64,000 nt of DNA from Tricharina praecox (lineage: Eukaryota): positions 682,001 to 746,000 of the forward strand of contig NW_026250422.1 in the NCBI RefSeq assembly GCF_024521635.1. The letters run 5' to 3'. Made by a program: the position numbers and the translations under genes. This document shows, piece after piece, positions 35,041 through 49,112 of this stretch. Position 1 is the first letter of the stretch. Each line of letters starts with the position of its first letter. The notes under the pieces were generated by a model that was not told the DNA's origin, made no database searches, and saw only the letters and a program-made list of their open reading frames with translations.

Positions 35041-38032
35041 CTGTAGAGGATTTCGGTCGACTGTTGGGAGATGGGCATCCAAAAGTCTTCGTTCTCATCG
35101 GCTTTGCGCTCTTCGCCGGGTAACTCCGAGTGCGAATTGCATCGTAAAGTGATGCGTAAGGCCTATTCGAGCAATGATATGCTCCGATGGAGCTGGTGTG
35201 TACTTAGTAAAGCACCCGGACAAAAGTCATGGTTGGCATCTGGCCAATCTGTACGCCGAAACAGAACATCTCGAGTGCGGTACTATGTAAATTCGTACAT
35301 ACACAAACTATCACCCGAATATCAGACTTCGGCAAGCAGGGATGATTAAATTGAAGATCTCTCTAGAACAATCAAGTCTAGGTCGAATACCCATATACGA
35401 TACGGTACCGGTATGGCGGACCGTGGAACAAGAGCACGGCTCAGGTCTCCCATCCACTCTAACGGAGACGATTTGGACTGCCAGGCTGTGGTCGATCAAT
35501 TGCAAAGACAGGTACTCAAAACCGGAAGTAACTTTCTTCTCGAACCCGACTTATCCCAAACCTTCTTGATATCCGAGATTGAGACCTGCGAGCAGGAGAT
35601 GGGCTCCAGTCTTCTTTTTCCGGATAACTGGTAGCCACAGTGGGGGTCCCTTCGAAAGTCCAACACCCGTATGTAATCGCACGGTCCGCGATCCTACCTA
35701 CCTAGAGTACCTACGACGTTTCCAGCAGCGGAATCCGGCATCGTGAAACAAGCGCTTTACTATAACTATCTCGAATCTCGATAGATACCAAGTTACCAAC
35801 CGCACCCTTGGGAGAGCTGGGCCCAGAGGCGTGAGCGCTGATGGATCGAACAGGATGTTTCCCGTGCTGGTACCCAACCACGGGGCCCACGGGTAAACCA
35901 CAGGCCGCCGGGTATGTACAGCACGGGCCGTATACACGGGCGGGCGGCAGTCAAAATCAGATTATCTATCAGAGTCCCCGTGTCAGTCAGTCAACCACAG
36001 ACCTGGGTCCACCGCCCCTCCCCCATGGGCACAAGCGCACCCGCTGAGCGTTCAGCTCCCCTGTGCCGAGTGACCCTCAACTTCCAACTTCCAAGTTCCA
36101 ACCAGACCGGGTCTTGGCATAGTTGCCGCTCGTAGGGAGGTGGGGGGGGGGGGGGGTGGTGTTACATACTCCCCAGCTGCCCCGGTTTCTCGTCGGTACT
36201 CTATGTACTCTACCTGCTAGGTAGAGTACATACGACAGTACCTTCCCTCGCCGATTGGAACTGACCTTTCGCCGTCGCGAGCAGCTGCAGCGACACGTCC
36301 ACGCGTAGGTACACTGCACGCCGCCCACCGCGCACAGCGTCGACGTGTCAGTGAGTGTGATCGCCCTCGTCGCGAACCTCCGTATCCGTATCCATATCCA
36401 GCATCTCGAGCCTCCTTCCCCCATCACCCCCCGCGCTGCTGTGGGGACTAACGTATCCTGTTACTTAGCGTAGGTTATATATCAACCACCTGCCGGCGCC
36501 GTGGTCCCGAAACAGCTGCCGGGCCTAGTTGAGTTGAGTTAAGTTGAGTTAAGCCCCCGGTCAGTCGGTAGATTAAGGTATCCAGGTAGGATACAACCGA
36601 ACCGAGCAACCGAGCACTCCCAGCGCAGCGGTGGGGAGGGACCATGGATGGGAGGGACGAGGGAGGGAGGGAGGGAGTGTGATCGGCAAGAGACGAGAGA
36701 GACACACACACGACGACGGACGCTACAGTGTTATCATATCCGAGACGTCGTTGCGCGGAAGTCTGCGAGCCTGCCTGCCTGCCCGCCCGACCGCCCGCCA
36801 AACTCAATGGTGTGGAGGCATGTGGTTGCGAGCCTCTGGCGGATCGACGGGTGATTGTCGGTTGCGCGGGCCGCATACGCGTGGTTGATAGGTATGATAG
36901 CAGCAGCGTGGTTGATGTGATGGCAGCGGGTGCTGGATGGATGGATGGATACCGGTACACACGGTACGATACGGTATCTACCTCGGTGGGTATGGTAACT
37001 ATCGATAGCAACTGCATTGCATTGGGAAATTGGGAGGACGAAAGGGAGGAAGGGATACGGCGGGTTATGTATTGTACTCCAGGGCCGCAGGGGGAGGGCG
37101 ACGGGTGAGCGTCGATGGCATACAGATGAATTGCCCTTGATTGAATCGAACGGCCTGGAGTTTCGTGTGTAATCAATCACTGGCAGACGCGGAGCCGGAC
37201 GTCAAACATCCGCATCCGCACACCCACATTCTCACTCTAGATACTCTACCCACATGCATCTACGAAACGTCAATTTAACTCCTGGTGGGTGTGTCAGACG
37301 CTGTTCGAAGGCTGACCCGCGCCCCGGGGAACACTCGGGGAAAACAGGAAGAGACGACCAGGCTCCTCGTCTCACCGGCTGGCAGGGCAGTTGCGCAGCA
37401 GGGCAGGTGCGCAGCCGGAATCGCAATCGATATGGAGTAAGGCTGCAGCTGCCTTATGGACTTACCAGTTGCGCGCATCAGCACCCAACATTCGCACCCA
37501 GCAGTCGCACCCAGCGGCCAGCACCCCCAAGTACTCGCAACACACTCTACATACCCTACTAACCGCATAAGACCTCGCCTGGTATACGCGTTGGATTTGG
37601 GGGTTTGAACCGGCCCATGCACAGTAGAGTAGAGTGCCCACGCCCACGCCCACGCTCGCCCGGCAAGTCGATATATGGCAATGCGGACGCATGGCACGAT
37701 CGATATCGGTCGACGTGAGTTTGGCATTTCTGGTCCGATTCGCTGGGTGGTCGTGGGCTACAGTGAGCTACTCCATATGGGAAGAGCTCGATCTGGCCGT
37801 GCCGGTTGCATACATACATCATACATGTTGCGATTGCAGCTGGTCGGATACCTAGGTAGTCGGATAGGTAGTCGGATAGTCAGCCCTGGGCATGGCAAGC
37901 TTTACGACCACGAACGACGATGAATGGAGGGGAGGGGAGACGTGGGAAGGGTGGTGGGGAGGTGGGGGCAGTATGCGCCGCAGCTCGCCGGGGGTATGTA
38001 GCAACTGAGAGCGAGCAGGCGAGACAGCCAAC

Positions 38033-38929
38033 GCCAGCCAGCCAGCCAGCCAGCCAGCCAGAAAGCCACATTGAGCACCACGAGGCGAGGTGTCCCGCAT
38101 CGAAAAGTGCGAATCGTCTGATCGTCCGAAGCTACTCTGTAGAGTACCCTAACTAGGGTGGGGCTGCCACGATGCACAATATTAATGCCCCACCGTCCAG
38201 TGTACACGGCGGGCATGCTGATCTCCACTGTCCACCAGCTGCTCGGCCAACCAACCAACAAGATGCATCCCTCCCTCCCTCCCCCCCCTCCCCCTCCGCC
38301 ATACCACCCATATGTGTGTAGAGTAAGCCACAAGTGTATAATCCGATCACCACCAGGACCAGACCTGACAGACCACGAGGACACGCCGAAACGCCGTCGA
38401 TGGTCGGCAGTGAGCACCGCTGGAGTGCAAGTGCAAATATATGTAACCACTCTAGTCATGTAACTAGTTGGAGGCTGCGAGGCGACTCAGGCGAGTGGAA
38501 AATGCGGGGGAGATCTACAGAGGGATTTCGCGCTGCAGTTTGAGTTCGAGATCGAGCTGGAGCCAGAGTGAGGAGTCAGCATGTGATGGACTGCGGTTCG
38601 TTTCTCCGTACGAGGCGTCGAGGCGTCAAGGCATGGGCATGTGCAGTGCAACGACCGGATCCAAACCTCCGAACCTCCGAACCTCCGAACCTCCGAGACA
38701 TCGGGCGGCGGCGGCGGCTCATCACGCCGCACCGCTCCGTACGAGCACGAAGTTACGAACACGGACACGTGCAACGATCACATCCGAGAATGTAGGGACA
38801 TCCAGGTATCGGAACACACTGCACACGCACATGGTCGAGCTTCCAGCACCGGATGAGACACGCACTGGCTACTGGGCACACTGGCCACTCTTGGGACATC
38901 CGACATCTAGGATTCTAGGATTCTAGGAT
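38033..38929. repeat. Cluster of short tandem repeats in the gene desert: (GCCA)n 38033-38060, (AACCTCCG)4 38664-38695, (TCTAGGAT)3 38906-38929
   Basis: Directly visible perfect tandem units. Confidence 0.85.
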
Positions 38930-41900
38930 TCTACTCTGGGTGTCGAAAGGCTTAAAGCCACGAATCACCACGCGGACGCCGGCGTCCGCGACACCGCAGC
39001 ACCGCAACCCCGAGTACCAATACATACGAGTACGATCTCCAGGACGTTTAAGACCCCGAGGCCGAGACGGCCGAACAGAACGACTGGACAGTAGGCAGTG
39101 GACACGACCTCCAAAAAAAGATCCGCGAGGAGTCGGGGATATGTGTAACGTGTTGCCAGTTGGTGATACCCCAATACCAATAGCTTGCGCCACACTCGTT
39201 ACGTTTTATATCCATCCGAGACGGCGAGACGTAGAGTAGGTATTGCGAATAGGACGTCGACTGTCGACATACCCAGGCAAGTTGCAACTACTATAACGAC
39301 GTCCAAACGAACCGCTCCACGAACGCGCACCCCAAAACCACCCAAAACCATCAAGATATGTACGCCCGGTAGGTTGGTAGGTCGTATTCGCACGCCCAAT
39401 TTCCCGGCCGGCCGGGCGGTGCAGCAGAGTACCTACGGTGGGTAGGTACTCGTCCTTCATTCCGCCAAATCACAGCCCGCGTTTCGCAAGCCAGCCAGCC
39501 AACCAGCAAGCCAGCACTCTACCCTGTATGTATAGTAGATACGGTATAACCGGTATAGCCAACTCCCAAGTAACGCGTACAGTGATTTTTATAGGTTTTG
39601 GGTATCTACTCTGCTCGAGTCACAGGTAATCTCTTCGAGATAGCTGTTGGATCCGTACTCGTGTGTTGGATACACCGGTACTGTACTCTACAAACATAGA
39701 TAGAATATGTTTGAACTTTGATTCGCGGTCATCCGGGGACCGGAACCGCCTCCATCCTGCCGAATCGTGTGGTGCGAACCAGCGAGCTCGCTTGGCCGTG
39801 AACATCTATGTTTCCGTTCCGGCAGAACGAGTGGTAGTGGTGCATCATATGTACCGGCAGTGTGTGTAGGTGAATAAGAATGTAGGCAAGCAACCAGGCA
39901 AGAGTAGGAACGTGTAACTCCGTGTATATGTGTGAGTACCTGCAAGGCTGCAACACTTTTCTCCGACGGACGGGGAGACACGGGTACCTACTGCTATCGC
40001 CGAGCATGTGCTACGGTGACTACATGGTGTCTCGACTCTCGAGGGAGGCATATGCTATACACACGAGTGCTATTATCCATACTACCGGTAATAGCTCCAG
40101 CAGAACTCGCTCGCGGCTCGTTGCTCGCCGCCGGCCGCCGGTCCGTACTCTACCTACAGGCTACGGCTCGATGTCGGTAATTTGGCGCGATTTTTTCCTT
40201 CCGGTCCTTTCCTCGGAAGGGGCAAAGGGGCCTTAAGGGAAGGGGAAAGCGAAAAGCGCAAAGCCTTCCTTCCCGTCCATCGATAACAAATCCGCGCATG
40301 CACTCCAGCTCCGGAGAAACTGCATGCATGTAGGTGCTCTATGCAGCAGAAGGATTCGAAGAAGATGAAGAAGGGAGGGGAAGGGAGGGGAAGGGAGGGG
40401 AGGGGTTGGGGGGGGGTTTTCGGATATGTGTGTTTTGTATGTATGTATGTGTGAGGAAGGACATTCCCAGTTCGGGTCGGTTCCATGGTTGGATAGAGTG
40501 CTTCGCACGCCAATTTGCCGTTTCTTGGGGAGGGGGCGGAGGGATGGGGGGTTTTTTCGGGCTCGCGGTCGGACTTATCCGCCAAACCCGATAGGCGAAA
40601 AAAAGGAGAAAAAAAGAGTGATGACTCTGGCCCGCCCGCCCGCTTGCCTGCCTACCTACCTGCCTGCCTGCTTGGGGAGGCACGCGGAGTTTACTTTGTC
40701 CCGTCTGCCAAAGAGGGGAGGGGAGGATGCAGGTGTGATGTGCGGATGATGGCCTTGCTGGTGATGGATGACTCGCAGCGACAGCGGAAGGTGTCCACGA
40801 GCCTTACAAATAAGCAATTAGAGTGCGTCATGATGTCTGTCTGTCCTGTCGGATGGAGGGTGGATGAGGAACTCCGCTTCCTAAGCACCGCCCACCCATC
40901 CGCATCGCCGTGGCGGTGAAAGGTGGGAAATGTCATGGAATTAGCGAAAAAGCGGGGATCTCGAGGATCTTGAGGATCGGAGGGGAGGGGGGAGATGGGA
41001 GGGGGATTCTTTTCCGTGGTCGAGGTTTAACGTTTGACTGCCGGTTGCGGATCGTCGAACGCGAAAGCAGGATATCGGAACTGGCATCAGCATCAGCATC
41101 AGCAAGCAGCGGCAGCAGCAGCGTCCGTTGTGGGAGGGGAGTTCGTGCCGGGGAAGAAACGCGATTGGCTGGCCCTGCCAGGTGAATGGTGTGCTGCTGG
41201 CCGCTGGCATGCCTGGGGGAGCCAGACACATCCGCGAGGGAAAGTCGAAGCTATTTTCTAGTTCCCAGAGGGGTGCATGCTGTCAACAGTCTGCTTGCGG
41301 ATTTCTGCTGCTGGCGGTTCGCTTGCGGCGACGAAACGAGTAAGTCGGACCCGGCCAGCCAGTCTGCCAGCCAGATTACATACGCAGCTCCGACTCACGA
41401 CATCCTGCGATGGCGTGCGGTGATGGTGGTCGTGGTTGTGAGTTATGTGAGCATGTGGCTGCGGTCGCAGAATCCCAGCATGTGCCGGTGTTCCGCGAGC
41501 ATGATGAGTCCTCCTGGTATGGCGGTTCCGGGGTTTGACAAAGCCCGACGGCCGTGGAATCTGTAAGGCCCGTCCTACATCCGAACGCGAGCGAGCAACA
41601 AACACAGGCTGGGCAGGACCCTGATCGGTGTGATGTGATCAGATCAATAATTTGGTGATGACGATGTGCTGGAAACATCGAAACGCCGCCCTCGGCACCC
41701 AGAGTGCCCGCGTGGGGGAAGGTTAAACGTATCACTACAAGTAAGCAGCCCCGTCTCGTTTTGCTCCTCCCCCTCCCCCATCCCCTCCTCGCCCTTCACG
41801 ATCACATCTCTCCATCGGTTTCTAGCGTCCACCAAGTGAAGAAAATCCTTTGTCGAAAACCCCCCGAACGAAAGAAAAACTCAAACAACGACGATTCTCC

Positions 41901-42320
41901 CCGCCGTCTTCGCCGAGCAAGCATCGTCTTCGGAAACTGCCCCCCGAACTTGGACCCTTTGACCCGCCGATTCGCCTAGAGTGCCCACCTAAGTCCGCAC
42001 TTACCTATTCACCACCGCCCATTCCACACAAGGTCCGCGAACATCGCTAGTTGGCACCTTACATATCTGCAGCGACAACACCAACCATCACACACACAGA
42101 CAGCTGCACGGATCTCGGTCGCTGCTTGCTGCGAACGATAAGGCGCTGGTTGGCAGGAAAAGCGCCCACGGCACCAAGACGGAAAGTGGAGATCTTGGCT
42201 TTTTGCCGAACGCTTCCCAAACGAGCAATAGCGTCCTGATTGACAATAATCCCAAGTTCTCGGTATGTGTGCGCCCGTGCACCCCGTCCGCTCCATTCAA
42301 TAAATAAAAGGCATATTTAC

Positions 42321-42327
42321 TGACTCA
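42321..42327 (+). promoter_or_regulatory. Perfect AP-1/Gcn4(CpcA)-type element TGACTCA upstream of the ECM13-like gene
   Basis: TGACTCA about 180 bp upstream of ATG 42509, next to an A/T-rich TATA-like tract at 42299-42309. Motif match only. Confidence 0.45.
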
Positions 42328-42508
42328 TTCCCGCAGCAGAACAGAGCAGAGCAACCACACACATCCAACCGTACAGCCAAATTCACAATCCCACCCGCAC
42401 ACTTTCCTCCCCCCCCACCCATAGCCACCCACAGCCAACCCGAACTTCGACTCACACACCTGAGCTCCCTACGCACCTTATCCCTATCCTTATCCTGTAT
42501 AACTTAAA

Positions 42509-43361
42509 ATGGCTGCCTCTCCCACACACTTCTCTTCACCACCATCGACCACCAAAATCACCTTCGACATTCCTACTGCTACTCCCTTCCCACGAAGAAC
42601 CGACAAGATGAGCATCGCACAAACATTCCAGCTCGCCCGCAAAGCACGAGGAAAGCTCTCTTCTGAGGCCTCCCGAGGAGACCACAACCTCAGACTCCTA
42701 GTCGGTATGTAACCTCACTTCGCTTCTCTTGTTCTTTCTCGTTTCGGACGCTGACAATCTCGCAGGACATGCAAACCTACTAGACTCCCTCATGATCCAC
42801 CTTTCGGAAGCCGAAGCAGAGCAGGAACGGTGGTACCAGAACACCGTCCGAGGAAACGAGTACGACACCGAGGAGTACGGTTCCCTGGCCGCCGACTACG
42901 AGTCCGACACAGAATCAGAGTCCGACGAGGACGAGGAGTACGAGGAGGACTCCGATGAGGAGGAGGAGGACGAGTTCGAGGAGGTCTACTACGAGCAGAC
43001 GCGACGAACAGCCTACCCAGCGAAGCCGCAGCCGCAACGCGCAGCAGTGATCGAAGTGCAAGAGGTCGAGGCCGATTTCGATGACGACGAGTACGAGAAC
43101 GAGGAGGAGGATGGCATGTTCACATTGACGCGAACAACATCGCACCGACCACCTTCGCTATGCTCGGACGCTTCCGACGACGACGAGGAAGACGACCATG
43201 CGCCTCCGTCACCACCACAACCCGTCGAACACCACTACCCAATGTCCGAGAAGGAGCTGCGAACAATCTCCTACTTCAGCTCGACATTACACGACGACCA
43301 CGACAGCACAGAGGTGTTGTTTGAGGATCGGCTATTACCAACGATGATATCCACCTTCTAG
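42509..43361 (+). CDS. ECM13-like protein of unknown function with acidic disordered tail (intron 42705-42765)
   Basis: MSIAQTFQLARKARGKLSSEASRGDHNLRLLVG|HANLLDSLM is the conserved Ecm13-family N-terminal motif, followed by an E/D-rich low-complexity region. ATG 42509 is in an AAAATGG context; 42608 is an alternative start. Confidence 0.8.
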
Positions 43362-46300
43362 ATATCACGTCTCGCCATCCTCACGATTTTCTTTCTGTCT
43401 ACAACATCATTGGTGCGGGGTTCGTCTTTTGGGAAGCGTCGTCCTTTTTTCATCTAGCGGATTTTAGTTTTTTTTCCTTCTCACATTTTCAATTTCGAGT
43501 TTTTTTTCCTTCGGTTATATTTCATGGGCTGGCGTTCTTCTCTTTTCGTCATGATGCGGGGAAGGGGAACTCGTTAGCAGTGCATCTTTTTTATTTTATT
43601 TTATTGCGACCACATCTTTCTTTCTGGGTATATAGTGTCATGTGGGGTGGGGCGGGGGAGCTGTATATATCTCTACTCTGTGTCATTAGGTGTTTGGGAG
43701 GAAGATCAGGAGGAGGAGCGGGGCAAGGGGAAAGGGGACATAACATGATCGCCGTCTTGTGACGAGCTGGATCTGTTGATTGTCTTGACGGACGGACGGA
43801 TAGTCTGGTTGGATGGATGGGGTAGTTCAAGCCAAAAGGCGAACCAAATGCAAAATACAATGCACAACACAATTAAGTCTACATACTACATCATACACCA
43901 TACATCATAACTACCGGTGATACGTTTCTCGTTACTCGCTCCCTCGCTCGCTTGCGCACTCCTCACATCACATCACTTAGACGAGCGAGCGAGGATGTAC
44001 GCTGTGGATGTGGATGTGTCGTGTGCGTGGTGTGCACGGGCGGGTGGGTGGGCGTGGGGCGTGGGAAGGGTGGGCGTGGGCAGGCGTGAGTTCCAGACTC
44101 GCACACTGCGGGGGAGGGAGGGGTGGGGAATGACACATTGTGAATTTGTGGGCGAGGTAGGGCGGAACGTGTGTGTGTGTGTGTGTTTTGGGTACGCTCA
44201 CTCACTCACTCACTGCGTGTTCGTGCGCAATACTCTCACTGGGTCACGACTGAGGTTGACTCTTGAGGGCTCATATGATACATAGCCGTTCTGGAAACTA
44301 TTCCCAACGAGTCGTTGCTATGCGATCTCAATTTCTCGAGAGTGCGAGATTGTATGTGAGAGAGAGAGGGCGAGCACAATAGGTACGGTAATATAGGTTA
44401 TCATAGGTTATCATAGGTTGTCATACGGTAGTAACTATGAGTAGAGTAGTACCGTATGAGTATGAGTGAGTAAACCTGAGGGAGGATGAGGAGCGAATGC
44501 TCCGCCCCGCCCGCCCGCCTCCGCACTCTACGAGGTACTCTACTGCTAGAGTATACGACTGGAGTATACTGCTAGAGTATACCCCGCGGATGTGTGGACG
44601 TACGGACGTTAACTCAGGCAGCAGAACATGCCGCGAGATGGTTTCGGATTTCAGGTCTTCAGGTCTCGAGCTTTCAGGTCTTCAGGCATGTACTCAGGTA
44701 TCTACTCTAGATAATCAGGAAATGTGCCAGCGATCCCCCTCCCCCTCACTGAGCCCACTGAGCACACTCACAACAGAGTACCCCGCGAACGAACGGCTTG
44801 AGGGGGGTGGAGCGTGTCGGCACATACGCCGCCGCCGTGGCTGCTGCTGCTGCTGCTCCTCAGTCTTCACTCGCCCCTCAGGTCTCCATCACCCCTCAGG
44901 TCTTCACTCGCCCTTGCCCCTCGCCCCCCTCGCCCCCCTCGCCCCCGTCCTCACTCCTCACCCCTCGCCCCGCCCCCTCAGGATCTCCCCACTCTGGCTC
45001 CCCCCCCGCCCCCGCCCCCAAGCTATCAGGTCAACGACGGGGTGGATGCTAAGGACATAAAGCACCCTAGCATCAGATCAAGGAAGCCGGACTGCGGCCA
45101 CAGGCCGTGGACCGCTAGGTCAGCCGTAGGTATATGTGCATACGCCCTCTACGTACGTAGGGTATGCTTTGTATACTATGCTACATCTTTCTTGGCCACA
45201 TCATGCATTTACATCTCTCTCGCTCTCTCTCTCTTCCACTCTTCCGGCGAGGGAGGGAGGAGGGAGGGAGGAGGAGGCAGGGAGAAGACGGTCAGGGTGG
45301 AAAGTGGTGTATCTAGAGGAAGCAGAAAGTGCCGTGTCTTGGGCTGTGTGTGCGTGCGTGTGTGTGTGGGATGTTGATCTCCCGCATTCGCGACAATCTC
45401 AGCTGCATACATATCATACATCATATGTACCGTACATTCCGGTACTCCACGGTAGATACGGCGCGGCGGGTATGGGTACTTAGAGTAGCTCAGCAAACGG
45501 CCGCGCTGTGCGGATGGGGTGTGGGGAGTGGTGGGGAGTGGAGAGCTGGCTGATGTACTGTATGCACTGGTACCAATACCATACGCATACGTGCTAGTTA
45601 CAATAGGTATTCAAGTGTCGATATCGACTGACGACCGACGACCAGACTCCAGCACTCGTCCATAGAGGAGCTTGGAAGTCGAAGGAAACTACCAAGAGGA
45701 CTAACAAGTAGGTAGTGCCCAGCACTGCCCAGCACTCTGAGCCCCAGCATGTATTCGTAACTGCCATGATCTAACACCGTCGAATGCTAATGCCAATGCC
45801 AATGACGATTAAACTACAGAAAAAAAGAGGGAAAAAAAGACTGGGCTCCAGTAGTTACATCCAGCGAGCCGATCTCGAGCCGGTCCGCGATGGATGTGGA
45901 CTTCGATTCCACTCCACTCCATCCGGCCTGTTCGGTGAGCTGGAGAGAAAGCACTCGCGACGATCCCAATTTTGATACCGGTACCGATTGCGGTGCGGTA
46001 CGGCTTCGTGTGCTCCGCATCCGTCCTCTCCTCTCCACTGCAAACGGGCGACGGATCACCGCACGCGGCCACGGCTCGGCTCTGCTTTTCGCAGCCCTGT
46101 TCGACTAGGTAGAATATCTAGTCTCCAAGATTCTTGGAATCTCCGCGAGCTAGAGTAACTAGAGCACAGTTGTTGCTGCTGCTGCTGCTGAGCTCATGGA
46201 TCATCTGCTGTGAAGGAGAGGGGGATTCTTGACTAAGTGCGGTACCCAGAGAACAAGAACCGCCCCTTGTGCACTCATCGTCTATCTACCTGCTTGCTGC

Positions 46301-46919
46301 TGCTGCTGCTGCTGCTGCTCTTGCTCCTGCTCCTGCTTGTCCCCCCCCTCCCCCCCACCCCACCCCGCCGTGCACCTCACACGCACACATCATCTTCATC
46401 TCGCTCGCTCGCTCCACCACGAATCACAGCCCAAACAGAAATAAAAATAAGAAAAATCCCAGAGAGATCGGTATCACAGCCAATTGTCGACCACTCCCCC
46501 CCCCTCCCCCCCAACCCCCCAGCAGCCGCACTGTTGCGTTAGCGAAACAATCTTCAGCAACGTGCACTATCCCACCCATCACCAAACCGCCGCATCCAGA
46601 CTGCATACGGCCACGACCGTTGTCAGACGAGACCGACCGGACAGCTATCTAGGTTTCCGTCCTACTCCTAGCTCCTTCTTCCCAGAACATCCCGCACGAC
46701 CACCACCGCGACCATCACCACCTTACAACCACTACTATACGTAAACGATCACGACCACCGCCACGACTACGACCACCACCAGCCGACCACTACGTCAACA
46801 ATCACCACCACCACCACCTCCACCTCCACCTCCACCTCCTTTACCACCACCACCACCGCCGCCACCCCCCTCGACAGAACAAAAAACAACTCAGCTCCTT
46901 CCGTCACGTCTTCATTTGG

Positions 46920-48458
46920 ATGACTTCAGCACCCCCGTCAAACGCCGGTACACCACGAACAAGCGTCGACAAGGACAATCGTCGGACGTCCATAGCTTGG
47001 AACAAGCTCCCCGAAATCCCAGCTTCGGAGAGTCGTAGGCAACCATCGTTCGCGTCCACCACTGTCATCGCGGCTCCGACTCCTGGTACTCCCGCACCCG
47101 GTCCCGCAAGTATCTCAGGGTCCATTCGCACAGGACGTTCGCTGTCTTCACCCCCACCTCCTCCGTATGTGGAACCCTACCTTACCCCCCTCCCATCCAA
47201 ATCAAAATCGAACCAAACCAAACCAAACCCCCCATACCCCCATACCCCCTCCCATACCCCCCATACCCTCTCCCCCTCCCCTCCCCCCCCCCCCCCCCCA
47301 CCTGACATTTTTTCTTCCTTTCCTGCTGTTCCTGTTCACCACCCCCGCTCTCTGTACCCTCTCACATGCCGCCACACACTCGTGATAGTGCCATGAGATC
47401 TCTCGTGAACACAGATATGCATACCGCAGAAGAAGAGAAAAAGCATCGTCATCCGCATCCCGCATGAAACCCTAGGCTAACTTCTTCCCACGTGGATCTG
47501 GTCGCAGTGCGTTCCTGAAGCGCGTCTCGTTCGATACCTTCGACAATAAGGATGCATCCGATTTCTCTCTCACGCTGAAGTCTAAGCACCGAGACTATTC
47601 TTACAGTCGCCGATCCCGCACATTCCTGTGCGGCACCGATCAGAACGATTACTCGGAGTTCGCCCTCGAATGGTTGATCGATGAGCTGGTCGACGATGGC
47701 GACGAGATCGTCTGCCTGCGAGTCGTCGATAAGGATAGTAAGATCAGTAGCGACATGGCACTGCAGGAGAGGCTGTACAGACAGGAGGCGAGGAAGCTGC
47801 TCGATCAGATCATCGAGAAGAATGAAGAGGAGAAGTCTATTTCCATCATCCTCGAGTATGCTGTTGGCAAAGTGCACGAAACGATCCAGCGAATGGTATG
47901 TCACCACAAGACATGGGGGATTCCGTCCCACGTCGGAGATTTTCTGACATCCTAATTCAGATTCACATCTATGAGCCCGTCATTCTGATCGTCGGGACTC
48001 GCGGTCGCTCTCTAGGCGGTTTGCAAGGACTCCTCCCCGGCTCCGTATCCAAGTACTGCCTGCAACACTCACCGGTCCCCGTCATCGTCGTCCGCCCATC
48101 GTCTAAGCGGGACAAGAAGAAGGCTAAGCGCAAGGCGGATCCGGGAAGACGAGTCTACCAGGATATCCTACAGCAGAGCAATCTGATGCTTGACGAGAGC
48201 CACAGCCTCGCTGGTATCACGGAGGGTCTGGCCAATGCGTCTATCACTACGTTGGGAGGGGACCGGAGCAGCGGCGAGGGAGTCTCACCTAAGACGATGG
48301 GACCCACTATCATCACCGATACACCGTCTCCCGGAGCTCTGACCCCGTACTCCGGTAGTCCTGTTGTCAGTTCGAAGGATGTCAGTAGTGAGTTCCCTAC
48401 CGCCGTTGCTGCCAGTTCAGCGACGCCTATGGGAAGCGATAAGGGCGAGAAGCCATAG
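46920..48458 (+). CDS. Universal stress protein (USP/UspA) domain protein (2 introns)
   Basis: LSSPPPP|AFLKRVSFDTFDNKDA, RRSRTFLCGTDQNDYSEFALEWLIDELVDDGDEIVCLRVV and ILIVGTRGRSLGGLQGLLPGSVSKYCLQHSPVPVIVVRP (USP G-x2-G-x9-G-S motif). Confidence 0.92.
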
Positions 48459-49112
48459 TCGTATTAGTTTAACGTTTTTGTTTTGTTTTGCTTCTTTCTG
48501 GATGAACATTGTGGACTTCTGTACCTTGTATTTATGATGGGCCTTTGATCTTGCTATGCCTTCCCTCCTCCCTCGAAGACGTCAAATGTTTTCTGATGCA
48601 CCTGGGACTAGGTGTTTATCTCTCTTTTTTTTTATCATTTCATTTCCTATCTTTTTTGTGCCTAGGATTTGAGACTGAACGGATGGATTTTTTGTACTCA
48701 ACTGCTCTTTTGTTGCATGGGCTCTGTCACTCTCACTGTCGGTCATGTCATTTTGGGCATCTTCCTAGATTTCGAGTATCAAATACCGATTCCATTGGAT
48801 AGTTTATGGTGATGGCCTGTGAGTCGGAACTCGGGGGATTTTGAGGCTGCATACCAGGTACCAGATGAGGCAGATGGATGCGCATGTGAGCTAGCCCCCT
48901 GCGTACCATATCCTCCTATCTTACGGGTCATCCGAAGTGCAGGGTTCCTTGTTCCGCACATTTAGCTCGCCAGCCATGCGCCTTATACCGCAGAGCTTAG
49001 GCAGCTCCCACGGGGTCCCATCCAGGTCCTCCGCCTCTCTCATCCAACCACCTCCGCGCCCCCCATCTCTCCTTCACCCTCCTTTACGGCTTCACGTATC
49101 ATACATACAGCT

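Noticed and set aside
36475..37176. 233-aa minus-strand ORF in the gene desert
   Set aside because: Low-complexity translation of microsatellites, non-ATG start, no coding-like codon bias.
36228..37350. ACATACGAC and GGAAAACAGG words reminiscent of fungal 5S rRNA
   Set aside because: The matches are 9-10 nt, more than 1 kb apart, and the rest of 5S is absent.
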